A DNA stretch of 63,365 bases, the filler included, from Salisapilia sapeloensis CBS 127946 (lineage: Eukaryota; Protista; Oomycota), in NCBI GenBank assembly GCA_023334545.1. It is 4 parts of 4 records of this genome, joined end to end, with 100 filler letters (N's around TTAATTAATTAA, not from the genome) between each part and the next. Parts side by side here need not be neighbours in the genome. Positions count along the whole stretch, not along the records: positions 1 to 26,983 come from JAADVB010000238.1; 3 more parts are not named here. One strand, 5' to 3'. This document shows, piece after piece, positions 1-11,141 of the stretch. The first letter of the stretch is position 1; each line of letters opens with the position of its first letter. The notes under the pieces were generated by a model that saw only the letters and a program-made list of their open reading frames with translations, was not told the DNA's origin and did no database searches. Both the position numbers and the translations under genes were made by a program.

Positions 1-170
1 GGATCGAACGATACGCATGGATAGGAGCGGAAAGGTAAATAGCGACGTAAGAGTAGGATGGGCCGCCAAAGACTTGGGTATTAATTCCTATTACAATTAA
101 TTCATCCATGTGTTTGATCACATAATGCCTTCAATGCCTTGCATACTACTCGCTCATCTACTCAATCAAC
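1..170 (+). repeat. Dispersed repeat, copy A (inverted relative to the copy at ~26030-26202)
   Basis: Positions 1-98 align without gaps to the reverse complement of 26105-26202 with ~20 mismatches (~80%). Weaker similarity continues to ~170 (shared ATGCCTTGCATACTAC). Confidence 0.85.
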
Positions 171-584
171 AAGAATTATGTCTATCCTTGCTTACTTTTG
201 TTTATGCTGCTAGGTTGGTTGTTAGACACATTGACAATTTGCCCAACTTAATACCCCGAGTTCTTAGCTCCTTTCATTGTAACCATGATATACAGAGAAT
301 GATGGGAAAATGGATGAGAAATATTCCAAACCCTAGTGCATAAGCGCCAGTACCACTAGTTTGAGGAGTACTTGTTTCGATGCAGTTTAATACTACCGAC
401 TAACCGCTCATTTCTTATTTTAGCTACAGTGCAGACGCCTACTTGAGAGCAATCTACTGCGAGCGTACAGCACTCTTGACAAGATCATCTTTATTGTATC
501 TAGAGTACCTTGCCTCTGCAACTTTCCGCTTGGTCCCTTCTCCACTGGGTGTCAATACCTTCGAAGCCTGAGACTACATCCACC

Positions 585-657
585 AGCTCGATACCCCCAA
601 TTGATAGTAGTAGTGTCGCTATCGAGAGCGAGGGATGACGGTGAGCAAGAAGCTCCT
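585..657 (-). pseudogene. Duplicated fragment of the neighbouring LMBR1-like gene
   Basis: 73 nt match 3287-3359 in the same orientation with 8 mismatches. It encodes LQELLAHRHPSLSIATLLLSIGGIEL versus LEELFARHHPSLSVVSLLLSIGGIEL. The flanks do not continue a long ORF. Confidence 0.75.
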
Positions 658-2719
658 GGAGGACGATTACTAGTGCGAATGAGATAAATGTTAGACAGAA
701 CTTCAATAAGCATATTTACAATCCCATTTGAGTTCTAGTATCTCCATGACAAACTCAGATGCAGTACATATGCTGGTACAAAAGCACTTGACCTACAGAG
801 AGTACCGGTTGCCAGGTCCTAACGCTTCCGATCAGAGTCTTCGGTAACTTCGGAGGCACCATTTAGACCATCATGCAAAAGCCAAGCTATATCGGTAGCA
901 ACCTAGTTCATTGACGAGGTACGAAAGACAAGATACGAAATGCGAGTTCAAACGATAATGAGACAAATCCATAATTATAATCTGCTACATGGACTAATCT
1001 TTATCTCTACCTTCATGTTTATCTTGAGCATTTACTAGACGCATATCTGGCGTCAATCACTAAGAATCACGAGGTCAGTGGGTTCAGATGCAGTTAAAGG
1101 CGAAAGCGAAGAGGAGAGAGCGTTGCAATCCAGCTCGGTGCATGAGATGCATTGGAGACACATAAACATTAGATACAAGATGAAGAAAGAATAGGAAAAC
1201 CAAAAGGAAACGGAACTCAAACTTGTTCGCCGACGGAGAATGCAGGAGCTTAGCGCCTGACCCAGCCGGCAGGGAGTTCCAACCATCCGTATCGAATGGC
1301 TGTACGTCTCCCTTCATATATTTGATTAACCTTATATGTGATAGAATAGGATACTGCCTACCTTCGTCTCGGTCGAATATATGTCGCTCGCCGACCGTGC
1401 AGCAGCCGCGTCTTCCCTCCATCGACGGGTAACTCCGTGCTTGCGTGTCGCATGAAGCAGCAAGGAAATATCAGACATAAATATAAATGTATAAATATGT
1501 GAAGAAGCCGGAGCAAGCAGGGCGGTCGGCATCCTTTGCAAGAGCCGAGGCGAGAAAGTGGAGAGAAGCTAGGGCGGGAAGTCGACGGATAGTACGCGGA
1601 CGGCAACTCCCAAAGGCTGATGCATGGATGAGGCTTCGCGCCCAGCGCTCGGACCGTCGACACTTACTTGAAAATCTAGCGAAGCGCAAACACGAAGATG
1701 GTTATCGGTGGTCGAAGGTGAGAGAGTAGTGGAAGCTTACCTCGGCGGACCGTCGCTGGCTGCGCAGACGCCACGAAGCCGCTACGGCTCCCGTCGCGCC
1801 GTGCAAGTCTCATCCAGCCGTTCGTGCCATTCCCCCATGCGCACGCCAGCCTTTCGAAGCCGCACACTTGGTCCAGTGCCATCCGGCCGACTTCCGTCAA
1901 CCCGTTCGGCGATCTCTCTACTCTCCGCCTACAGTATGCTCTCTCGGAGCCTCCGTATCCTGCATGCTTCGGCATCTACGAATATCCACCCTCGCACACG
2001 CAAAGCAAAGGCCCTCGGACGACGGAGATGACCACGGGTCAACGCGACTGAGACACTGAGGGCGAGACGGGCGCGAAGGTGGTCGGGTCGGGGGAGAAAA
2101 CGAGAATGAGCGGGAACGACGGGGTTCTTCCGTAAGCTATCCGAGCATACTTAAACGCCTACAAACAAGAGGAAAGTTCGCATAAATACAAATATATTCG
2201 TCATTTATGACGGCGGTCTGGTGTGTCGCACGCTCATTGTCCGACGGACACGACGGACACGGTCCAGGGCTGCGCTGCGGACGGCCAGCATACTGAATCC
2301 AAGGTATTTCATGTCAGTCCAGCGTACAGTGCAGTATAAAATACCGCTTTGCTTACTTTGCATGTGCGACTCATAAAAGATGATAAGCGCCTTTTCCAGT
2401 CACTTGACCGACGTACGCAGCTCTACCATGGACCGAATGGCGGCTAGATGGAGCTCGCAAAGGTTTTTCCATTTTGTGTCACGATAGTTGGTTCTTGAAG
2501 TTACGATTACTACGCGCACATCTGATGTGGACCGTTCGCACGCTACCGGTAATTTCGAAAGACAGTCAATCGTTTGTTTTGCGTATGTAGTATGTCAGTC
2601 GAGCTAGGAGCCCTGTGCGCAAATAAGATGAATCTTGGAAGGTCGGATATAGGCCCATCCACTCGGGTGCACACGGTACGAAGAGGGAAATGAAGCAAGC
2701 TCTTTGTTCATGACTGAAC

Positions 2720-2739
2720 ATATATATATATATATATAT
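2720..2739. repeat. (AT)10 microsatellite
   Basis: Read directly from the sequence, just 3' of the LMBR1-like stop codon. Confidence 0.95.
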
Positions 2740-2760
2740 GACAGTCTTTATCACCATGCA

Positions 2761-4440
2761 TCATTCCATATCTAGCAATGCTCGGCCCATTGTCCGGTCA
2801 TCAGGGGAGTATCCATACACACGGCTGGACTTGTCCGTCGTCCGTGACTTTACAGCTTTAGCAGTAGTCAGGTGCTTGCCTCGGTCTACGCGGCTGGCTT
2901 CCGATAAACATTCGTCATCGTACATGTTCAATCCAATGCAAGTGAAGACTTGCTTGTAACCACCTTGCAGAGCAAAACCAGCCAAGACCAGCAGTGCCCA
3001 TGGCAAGCACGACGATACCTTATCTGCGAGGCTTTGTGTGGGATGGAAAGGAGCAAAGAGGTGGTAGAAAGCTGTGCGCTGTGCATGTATAGAAGCGTCG
3101 AGGAAGAGTAAAAAGCTGTAACCGACGGCCAATTGGAGTCGGCTCTGCCACGTTGCCATGACCAAGAGGGCAGCTGTGGATGCAGAGTGGATGCATACGA
3201 GGGACGCGTATTGACGCAGCTGAGCTATGCTCCAGAAAGCACATAAAGTCATGTACAACAACAAACACAGACTCCCTCCTTTTGCTAGCTCGATACCCCC
3301 AATTGATAGTAGTAGTGACACAACCGAGAGCGAAGGATGATGGCGAGCAAAAAGCTCCTCAAGTAGAATCCATACAGAGAAAGAAGCAGCAAGCGACGCA
3401 AGTATTGTTTGTGCAGGCTGGAAGAGGACACATCGAAGTAGATGTAATCGTACATGTGGCTTCGTAGAGGATGGTGTGCAGACAGACATAGCATCCGTTT
3501 TCGAATCAATGACCAGCTCGAGCTCATTCGTTTCAACGCACAAAGTACTCCACGCTTGCTCGGAGCAAAGTAGACTTTCCTTGGATACACGTGCGCGACG
3601 ATGCAGATGGACGATTTCCTCGAACGTCGGAGCAGACTTATCAGAGCTCGAGTCAGCAATAAAGCTGTTCACTTTTCTTATATCATCTTTCTCGAGTAAC
3701 TTGGCCACCTCCAGTATACACGTCCTCTTTCTCTGCATATCTGTTGAGAGCACAACAGAACGCTGCTCAGCTTGGAGTAATCGTTTGTAAAGCACCTCCA
3801 GACTCTTGATAATATCTTCATAAGCAAAGACAGCCTCCATCCGCTCTTCATACACATGCGTTGCTTGCAAGTATAAGCTTCGTAGTCGGTTTTCGATCGT
3901 TCGGTCTTTCCACAGCGAACGAGGGAGCTCAATTAGCCCATGACCGAGTAGGATAGTCAGAAGCAATAGACTGTATACGTTTGCACAAGCGAGCATTATG
4001 CTGAAGATGCCAAGGATGGTCAGGTGACCTACGAGGATAAGGTATGTTACCATGACTGCAGCTACAATCGCCATCGTCATCCATCGGAAGAGCATGTTGC
4101 GGAGGGATGACAGTACACGAGCTTTTAGCTTAAACTCTCCGTTTTGCTGGAACTCGGTGAGAAAAGGAAGAATGATCCAACCGAGGAGAAAGTTGGTGTA
4201 GTAGAGGCAATGCCAAGTTACCATGTACGTATCGAATGTTTTGCCATCGTTTTCTTTTCGTCGCTGCAGCCCGTTCACCACGAGATCTTGTAAAAGCACA
4301 TTGGCACCGACGATACCCACCAACCAAGTCGACACACTAACGATAGCAATGATGGCATGTAGCACAGTCGCTCTGGTGCGCCGTGCCACGAGGTAGATTA
4401 TACTCAGACCTGCTCCAACGCTTAGCCCCACCAGAATCAT
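2761..4440 (-). CDS. LMBR1 domain-containing multi-pass membrane protein (LMBRD2-like)
   Basis: Intronless ~559-aa ORF with many TM segments. WHCLYYTNFLLGWIILPFLTEFQQNGEF and LLGHGLIELPRSLW match LMBR1-family motifs. First ATG at 4440. Confidence 0.8.
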   Translation of the reverse strand: MILVGLSVGAGLSIIYLVARRTRATVLHAIIAIVSVSTWLVGIVGANVLLQDLVVNGLQRRKENDGKTFDTYMVTWHCLYYTNFLLGWIILPFLTEFQQNGEFKLKARVLSSLRNMLFRWMTMAIVAAVMVTYLILVGHLTILGIFSIMLACANVYSLLLLTILLGHGLIELPRSLWKDRTIENRLRSLYLQATHVYEERMEAVFAYEDIIKSLEVLYKRLLQAEQRSVVLSTDMQRKRTCILEVAKLLEKDDIRKVNSFIADSSSDKSAPTFEEIVHLHRRARVSKESLLCSEQAWSTLCVETNELELVIDSKTDAMSVCTPSSTKPHVRLHLLRCVLFQPAQTILASLAASFSVWILLEELFARHHPSLSVVSLLLSIGGIELAKGGSLCLLLYMTLCAFWSIAQLRQYASLVCIHSASTAALLVMATWQSRLQLAVGYSFLLFLDASIHAQRTAFYHLFAPFHPTQSLADKVSSCLPWALLVLAGFALQGGYKQVFTCIGLNMYDDECLSEASRVDRGKHLTTAKAVKSRTTDKSSRVYGYSPDDRTMGRALLDME

Positions 4441-4690
4441 CAATAGCGTAAATTACAGAGCTACAACGACCTCGGTAGATTGCAAATGACCGTTTATCTC
4501 CATCGCAACCGATCGGAGCGAAAGCCTCCATGGGATCCCGCGCGTCTCCACAAGATCCGAGCTTCAACTATTCAAGTCGTGCGAAGGTCGTGCGAAGGTA
4601 TCAACTGCATAACATCAGACCAAGTGAGCAGACAAGTCGGGTACTATGGCGGTCGTAGCGAGCTCCTTGGGTGATCCTGACAAGGTCAAG

Positions 4691-6886
4691 ATGCTAGAAG
4701 AGTACAGTATACGGCAGATTCGTCGACACTTGGAGAACTATGTCTTCGATACAGCTCGATTTCTCGCCGAACGTCTTGTTGCTCAGGTAGACATCCAATC
4801 AGTCCATCGGTTTTATTAGATGGGCACAAATGTATCCACGACTACACTTACACCTCTTTTCCATGGACTACAGAACCGATCGGAAGAGAATATGTATTGG
4901 CTAGCAGTTTGCTTCCGTCGTTCCGGTCATCTGAATCAAGCAATAGCAGTCTTACACGGAGCTCGACGGGATGAAAACCGGTATTTACTCGCCAATTGCT
5001 GCTTTGAGCAGCAAAAATACGCCGATGCAGAGCGATCCTTGACCGGTGGTGAGTTACTTTCCTTCGAAGACGTCATGGGAAGCAAAGTACCCGTCCCAAA
5101 TGGTGCAGCCGGGTACTATCTCCTCGGTCGAGTGTATCGTCAGCAGGCCAAAACGAAGCTGGCAGCCTCTAGCTTTGTAAAAAGGTAGACAACATACAGC
5201 TATTTGTTTTGTTGCACAGTCGATCTAAAAGGTAGTATAGTTTGGAGCTAGATCCGTCGCTCTGGTCGTCTTACAAGGAGCTGTGTGAGATCGGTGCGAA
5301 GCGAGAAGCATCGACATTCTTCGGAAATGCCACGATATTCCTATCGGAGGAACCAATAAGCGAGACGGGGACTCCGAATAACCAGACGCCCGATACAGTG
5401 CCTGCTCCACGTTCGTCTCCTCGGACTAGCGGCAGGAAGGGCGATAGAGATAAGAAAGATGCAGGCGGAGAGTCTTCCGTGCCAAACTACCTGAGGCCAA
5501 CATCCGCAAGTATGGTCAAGGAGCCTCCTCGACTCAAAAAGCCACGACTAGGGGCAGCTACTAGTGCTCCTGGTAGCAGCACCGATCGCCGCCGAACAGC
5601 CAGATCGGACGACATGGTTCGTACTACCATCTTCTACCTCCACTCCATCTCCTAACACCTACGTATAGAAAGCTACTTCTACCATCATAAAGAAAGGAGT
5701 CTCATCTGAAACAGTTCAGAAGAGAAGTGCTAAAGGAGAACAAGTACGTCCTCCTCTTCCTTCTTGCTCCTACATGAACGACTAGTAGACTAACAAATAC
5801 TCTAGATGCTCCTTTCCATCCTCAATTCCTTCGGGTACATCTACCTCCACGTAACCAACTATGAATGCGACACAGCCTTGAACCTCCTTCAGCTTCTTCC
5901 CACTTGCCAACGACAGAGCGGATGGGCTCAACATCAAGCAGGTCGTATGCATCTAGAAAAAGCAGACTTTCACGCAGCGTTAAACGTCTTCCAGACGATG
6001 CATCATCGTGAACCACACCATCTCGATGGTCTTGAGCTGTACTCGACGACGCTATGGCAGCTACGACGAGAAGTAGACTTGTCGTACTTGGCACAAGAGC
6101 TCACGGACTTTGATAAGCTATCGCCAGAAGCTTGGTGTGCTGCCGGTAACTGCTTCAGTCTCCAGCGAGAACATTCGATGGCACTGACGTTCTTTGAACG
6201 CGCCATTCAGCTCGATCCGTCTTTCACGTATGCATACACGCTGTCCGGTCACGAGTACGCTGCGAACGAAGACTTTGAAAAAGCGATTAAATGCTACAGA
6301 CATGCACTTCGGACTGACCCTCGACATTACAACGCCTGGTCTGGTCTCGGCACAGTGTACTTGAACCAAGAGCGGTATGAACTGGCAGAGTACCACTTCC
6401 GACGAGCCGTCCAGCTGCATCCTGGAAGCTCCTTGGCACACTGCTTCCTCGGCATGGCGCTTCATGCGAATAAGAAGTTTGATGATAGTTTGAAAGAACT
6501 CGAACTGGCTATTCGCATCCAACCAAAGAATACGCAGGCAGGTCTTCAGCGAGCCAATGTGCTCATCAATCGAGAACGCTTCGAAGAGGTACGTGACATC
6601 TACGAATTTATCTGGATGTACCTGTTTGCTTACCTGTTTTTAGGCGATGGAACAGTTACGATCGTTGCTGCAGATTACGACGAAGGAAGCGACGGTGTAT
6701 TACTTGATGGGGAAGGTGGCGAAGCGACTGGGCAACCCACAGGACGCATTGCATTGGTTCACGACGGCCTTGTACTACAATCCGCAGGACAAGAATTTAA
6801 TTCGCACTGCTATTGATAAAATCGCGGAATTGGACGACGAGAAGGACCACGATCATGACTTGAACGTCCAACTACCACGACTGTAG
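4691..6886 (+). CDS. CDC27: Anaphase-promoting complex subunit CDC27/APC3 (multi-exon, TPR)
   Basis: Exon 1 4691-4786 (ENYVFDTARFLAERL). Introns at 4787-4873, 5185-5240, two more near 5.62-5.80 kb, and 6589-6643. TPR block includes SPEAWCAAGNCFSLQREH, FTYAYTLSGHEY and RHYNAWSGLG. Confidence 0.95.
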
Positions 6887-7629
6887 ACAGGAATAACTTG
6901 CACTAGCAGAATCGAACGCACCTAACTTAGCTCTAGGAGCTTCATGTACTTGCTTCAAGTGTTCTTATTGTTATTCGCTACGATAACTAACTATCTACGT
7001 AGTCTTCATGACGCTGTATTGAAGCAAAAGACGAGTGTTTATCGCTAACATGCAAGCTACAGTTCGGTGCTCTACTTTCTTCTTACTGCTATAACATCCT
7101 TGTGTTCTCTCAGTGCGTTGTTGCATAGACTGACTCGGAGATGGTTTCCGAGTATAAAGTATCACTTCGCGCTACTTTGGCAACGTGTTTCAAGTGATAG
7201 GACAAGATCGCAGATCGGTTACAACTAGTGTGCTGAACGAATGCTTCTGCATAGACAATAGGCAGAGTTCGAATTTGAAGAGAATCAAGTCGGTACGATG
7301 GCATAGACAGCAAGCCGCCATGTAAAATCTGGGTTTCTGCATCTCAATAGAACCATCGAAGAGTGCAAATGGTATCAACTAGCGTGAATGTAACACCAAA
7401 TGCTTACCTAGATTGCATATAACTACCGCACAAAGCGTTTAAAATTACATGAAGACCTTGAAGAGACTACTTTATCCTCCTAGTACATGTACCGGGCGCA
7501 ATATTCGTGCTTCCGGTCTATCTGATTCTATCTTCAACTTGCGGTAGGTAACGCTCGTATGGAAGCGGGAGAGTAGGTCGTCTTCTACCTGCATCTCCAC
7601 GAGCATTTGGGATTTTCTCTCGGAGCAGC

Positions 7630-8779
7630 ATGAACAGCCAGAGCGCATATCAGAAGCAAGGCTCGCCGGTGTCGTCCGAGATCGGCGACGACTTGCCACA
7701 GACGAGCAAGCGGACAAAGCTCCTGCAAAAGTTTGGTCCTGTCATCTCCGGTATGTCCATTCATCACATCGATTCGTCTACATCAAAGCATTCTTAGTAC
7801 TCTTCTAGGCGCTGTCTTGGCACTCGTGATCATCATCATCGTAGTCTCCGTCGTGGTTACCAAAGGTGGCGACGATGACTCTGGCAGTACGAGCGATGGC
7901 ACGAGCGACGACTCCACACGTAAGTCTTCTGATGGTTGTGAGGCCGTACCACCAAACGACCGGCTCGTCGTCTTCTGGCAGTCCGAGATTGAAGGCTGTG
8001 AAAAGATCCCGGAAGGAGTCACGCACGTAGCATGGGCCTTTGCGCTCGTTGCGGACGGAGAAATCGTACCGGCATTCCAAGGATCCGACGCGTACATCAA
8101 GAGCTGCGTCCAGACGCTTCGTAAGAAATGCATCAAGTCCCTCGGTAGCGTCGGTGGCGCCACGAACAATCAAAACATGACCGAAGTATCCGACATGGCT
8201 GCGTTTGGCAAATCCGCAGCGGAACTCGTAACGAAATTCGATCTCGATGGCATCGACATGGACGATGAGACGGTCGGAGGTGAGTTCAACGAGACACGAG
8301 CGTTAGGAATGATCAAAGCTACACGTTCAGCCTTGGACGAATTAGACGGTGGAAGCGAATTGCTTGTCACGTACGACAGTTACTTTTACGAAGGAGACAC
8401 TTCGTACTGTGAACCGAATCGAGGCACTTCCCGCTGCTTTTCCACCGACATGCTGCCGTATCTCGATTGGGTTAATATCATGGCATACAATGTCAATTTG
8501 GACAACGCGACCGCAGAAGGAATCTATCAAGACGCTCTGAATACTACATTCGCCGCTTGGTTCGATCTCTTAGGCGGAAACTATTCACTCGTGACTCTAG
8601 GTGTCTGTATCGACGGCGGATGTGCGTACGGTCCAGGTCCGAGTCGTGACGTCATTGACTCCTGGGCTGAATTCGCTGCACAGCCAAACCACGGCGGCAT
8701 GATGGTCTACGCTGCGAGTAAAGAAGTGTCGAAAGACTTTCCAGACATCCGTAACATCATCGACGTCATGCAGCAGTAG
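7630..8779 (+). CDS. GH18 chitinase-like glycoside hydrolase with N-terminal transmembrane anchor
   Basis: Join 7630-7750 and 7809-8779 (58-nt intron). TM segment AVLALVIIIIVVSVVV, SxGG motif (SVGG) and intact DxxDxDxE motif (DGIDMDDE). Confidence 0.85.
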
Positions 8780-8925
8780 CTTTGTAGGATAGCTGACCTA
8801 TATAGGAACAATATAGGAACAAAAACCAGCACTTGAACCCAATTTGCACGCGGCTGGCATTCACTTGATTAAAGTATTGTAGAGAGCGCCCATTTGTGAC
8901 GACGATCACGAGGGAGCGAGTCGAG

Positions 8926-10149
8926 ATGGCTGGACTCATGTCGCTATCCACGACTTCTTTAAATGGAAATGTAGAAAGGAAGAGAGCCAATACTGTTGAT
9001 ACGTACCGGAGTTCATCCACGGCCAGTGATAGCTTTGACCTTTGTGCAGGCTCGTTTTCGTCACTTGCTCGACGCGTACAGCGGACGGTTGAGAACGCTG
9101 GGGAGCGAATTGCGTACACCAAGAAGAAGGTCACGTGGCAATTTGAACTCCCGGGTGGAGAGAGAAATGTACATACCGTCATGTTGGAGCATTCGATCTT
9201 CTCGGGCAAAAAACGCCTTCGCGTCGATGGTGTCCGAGTGCTGGACGAGGAGAGCTGGGGCGTCGGTGCCTGGCACTATGACCTCACTCTCTACGGTCCT
9301 ACTGGAAGGTCGGCCCACGTACGCGTTGGCATTGATGACGTCGCGTCCTCTGTCGGTACTTGGAGCGACTTTTACGTCCTGATCGTCGACGGCATTTCCT
9401 GGCAAGCGCTTCCGGAACGAGAGGTTATCGCTGAGCATAAGGAAGCTCCGGTCTGGAGCAGTGGCATGTATGCTCGCCGTGTGGATTTCGCCCAGCGATC
9501 ATTAAAAGAAGCAGTGTCGGATCGCTCGCATCAGAAAGATGCGATCGGGACGGCGACGAGCTGGACCTTTGCTTTCGGGCAAAAGGCTGACAAGATCCAC
9601 ATCCTCGAGCTCTTCCACTGGACGAAAGATGGCAAGATCGAAATCTTGCTCGACTCGAGCGTACAGCACACAGCTCGCTTCGATTCCGCTCTGGATGAAA
9701 GTTACAAGCACGATTGTGTCGTCGCGGAACCTGCCGCCGGTGAAACCGACAAGCACGTTGCGACGATCCACGTCTCGACAGTCAACGACCATACGGAGTA
9801 TGAGATACTCTTGGACGGATGCATGTGGTCGGAGCTCGGGCAGACGACGTTTGAACTCAAGGATGGATGGGCGCCCATTCTATCGCGATCCAAGGGCGCT
9901 ATCTACTACTGTAATCGCGCGACGAAGGAGGCGCAGTGGGACCGTCCGATACAGCCGAGGACGCGCGACTTGGACGCTAGAAGTGGACGCTGTTCCACGA
10001 TTTTGGAAGTCCCGACGCCCGTGGCTAGTCCGAAGGACGCCTCTCAGCCAGAGACGGAGCGTTCCGAGCATGAAGCGTGGGAGGGAGAGGAAGAGGAGGA
10101 TGAAGACGATCCGTTCCGTATGCAGTTTTGTCGTCGAAACACGGAATGA
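8926..10149 (+). CDS. Protein with two FAIM1-like beta domains and a C-terminal WW domain
   Basis: WQFELPGGERNVHTVMLEHSIFSGKKRLRVDG resembles the FAIM N-terminal domain, with a second copy at WTFAF...HILELFHWTKDGKIEILLD. WW domain: DGWAPILSRSKGAIYYCNRATKEAQWDRP. First ATG at 8926. Confidence 0.7.
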   Translation: MAGLMSLSTTSLNGNVERKRANTVDTYRSSSTASDSFDLCAGSFSSLARRVQRTVENAGERIAYTKKKVTWQFELPGGERNVHTVMLEHSIFSGKKRLRVDGVRVLDEESWGVGAWHYDLTLYGPTGRSAHVRVGIDDVASSVGTWSDFYVLIVDGISWQALPEREVIAEHKEAPVWSSGMYARRVDFAQRSLKEAVSDRSHQKDAIGTATSWTFAFGQKADKIHILELFHWTKDGKIEILLDSSVQHTARFDSALDESYKHDCVVAEPAAGETDKHVATIHVSTVNDHTEYEILLDGCMWSELGQTTFELKDGWAPILSRSKGAIYYCNRATKEAQWDRPIQPRTRDLDARSGRCSTILEVPTPVASPKDASQPETERSEHEAWEGEEEEDEDDPFRMQFCRRNTE

Positions 10150-10227
10150 AGTCGTGACGGATGTGGAAAGCAAGAGCAAGTACTCGGTATATGATTTTGA
10201 ATGAATACAATCAACTTTTGGTCTCTT

Positions 10228-10973
10228 TTACTTGAATAAATGGGCAATCAAGTCTTTAAGTGGTTCCATTTCACGTCGATCTATGAGACCGAATGTGTTC
10301 ACGAACGTGATAAAGTGCTTGAAACAAGAGTTGAGATGCGCCTCGGCACCCATCATAACGACTTTGTCGAAGTGAGAGTAGTAAATGTGAGCATATACGC
10401 GAAAGAGACGTCGGAAGATGTTCTTCACGACTGAGATGAAGCCTCGACAGTACGGTACCCCTTCACGTGTTGGAAACAGCGCTTCATCGTTTAGCAAGTC
10501 TTCCACCCATGTCATGAGCAGATCAATGTACTCTGGCGCAGGAAGCTTCACTGCAGTCTTGTACTCCCGTCCGTCTTTCCACAAGTACTCGAACTTTGGG
10601 CCAGCGCTCATCTGCGGACAAGTCTCACACGTACAGAACTCGCATATCGTTCCGTAGATGATGCTAATCTCGTTGAAAAAGTCGACAGCTACAGAGATAG
10701 GAATGAATATACTTTCAAAGATAAGACACGATAACAAGTACTATGCATCGCCAGCCAGTCATTCATGTCTTCACCTTGTGGCACTGCCACTGCAATGCTC
10801 ATATCGCCACTATCACCATCACTAAGTCTCTTACACTACGAAACGACATATCATCAGACTTACTTGCCCAACGTTGCTTGAGCTTGCTTATGCAATTCAT
10901 ATCGTCTCGTCCCTTGCGTATGCTTCTTTTTCGGTCGGAAAGTCTTATTGCGATTAAAAAGATGGTGCATCAT
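10228..10973 (-). CDS. MOB1: MOB kinase activator (MOB1/MOB3-like), 3 exons
   Basis: Exon 1 MMHHLFNRNKTFRPKKKH...YELHKQAQATLG; exon 2 AVPQGEDMNDWLAMH; exon 3 VDFFNEISIIYGTI...IFRRLFRVYAHIY. Confidence 0.93.
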
Positions 10974-11141
10974 GGTCGTCCTTCCTCTCCACTCTCCTCG
11001 TCTGGAAACTACCTCGATACTATTTCTGTCCTACAACTCCTCAAGATCTCCTTACTTCAACCGTACTTGATCGAGAATCTCCAAATTTCCATCAACCTTT
11101 CGAATTCTCTTTTTTTCAATTAACACCCTACAAGACCCAAC

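Noticed and set aside
2238-2260. Small hairpin and tandem repeat (TGTCC-GAC-GGACA; CGACGGACA x2)
   Set aside because: Too short to distinguish from chance.
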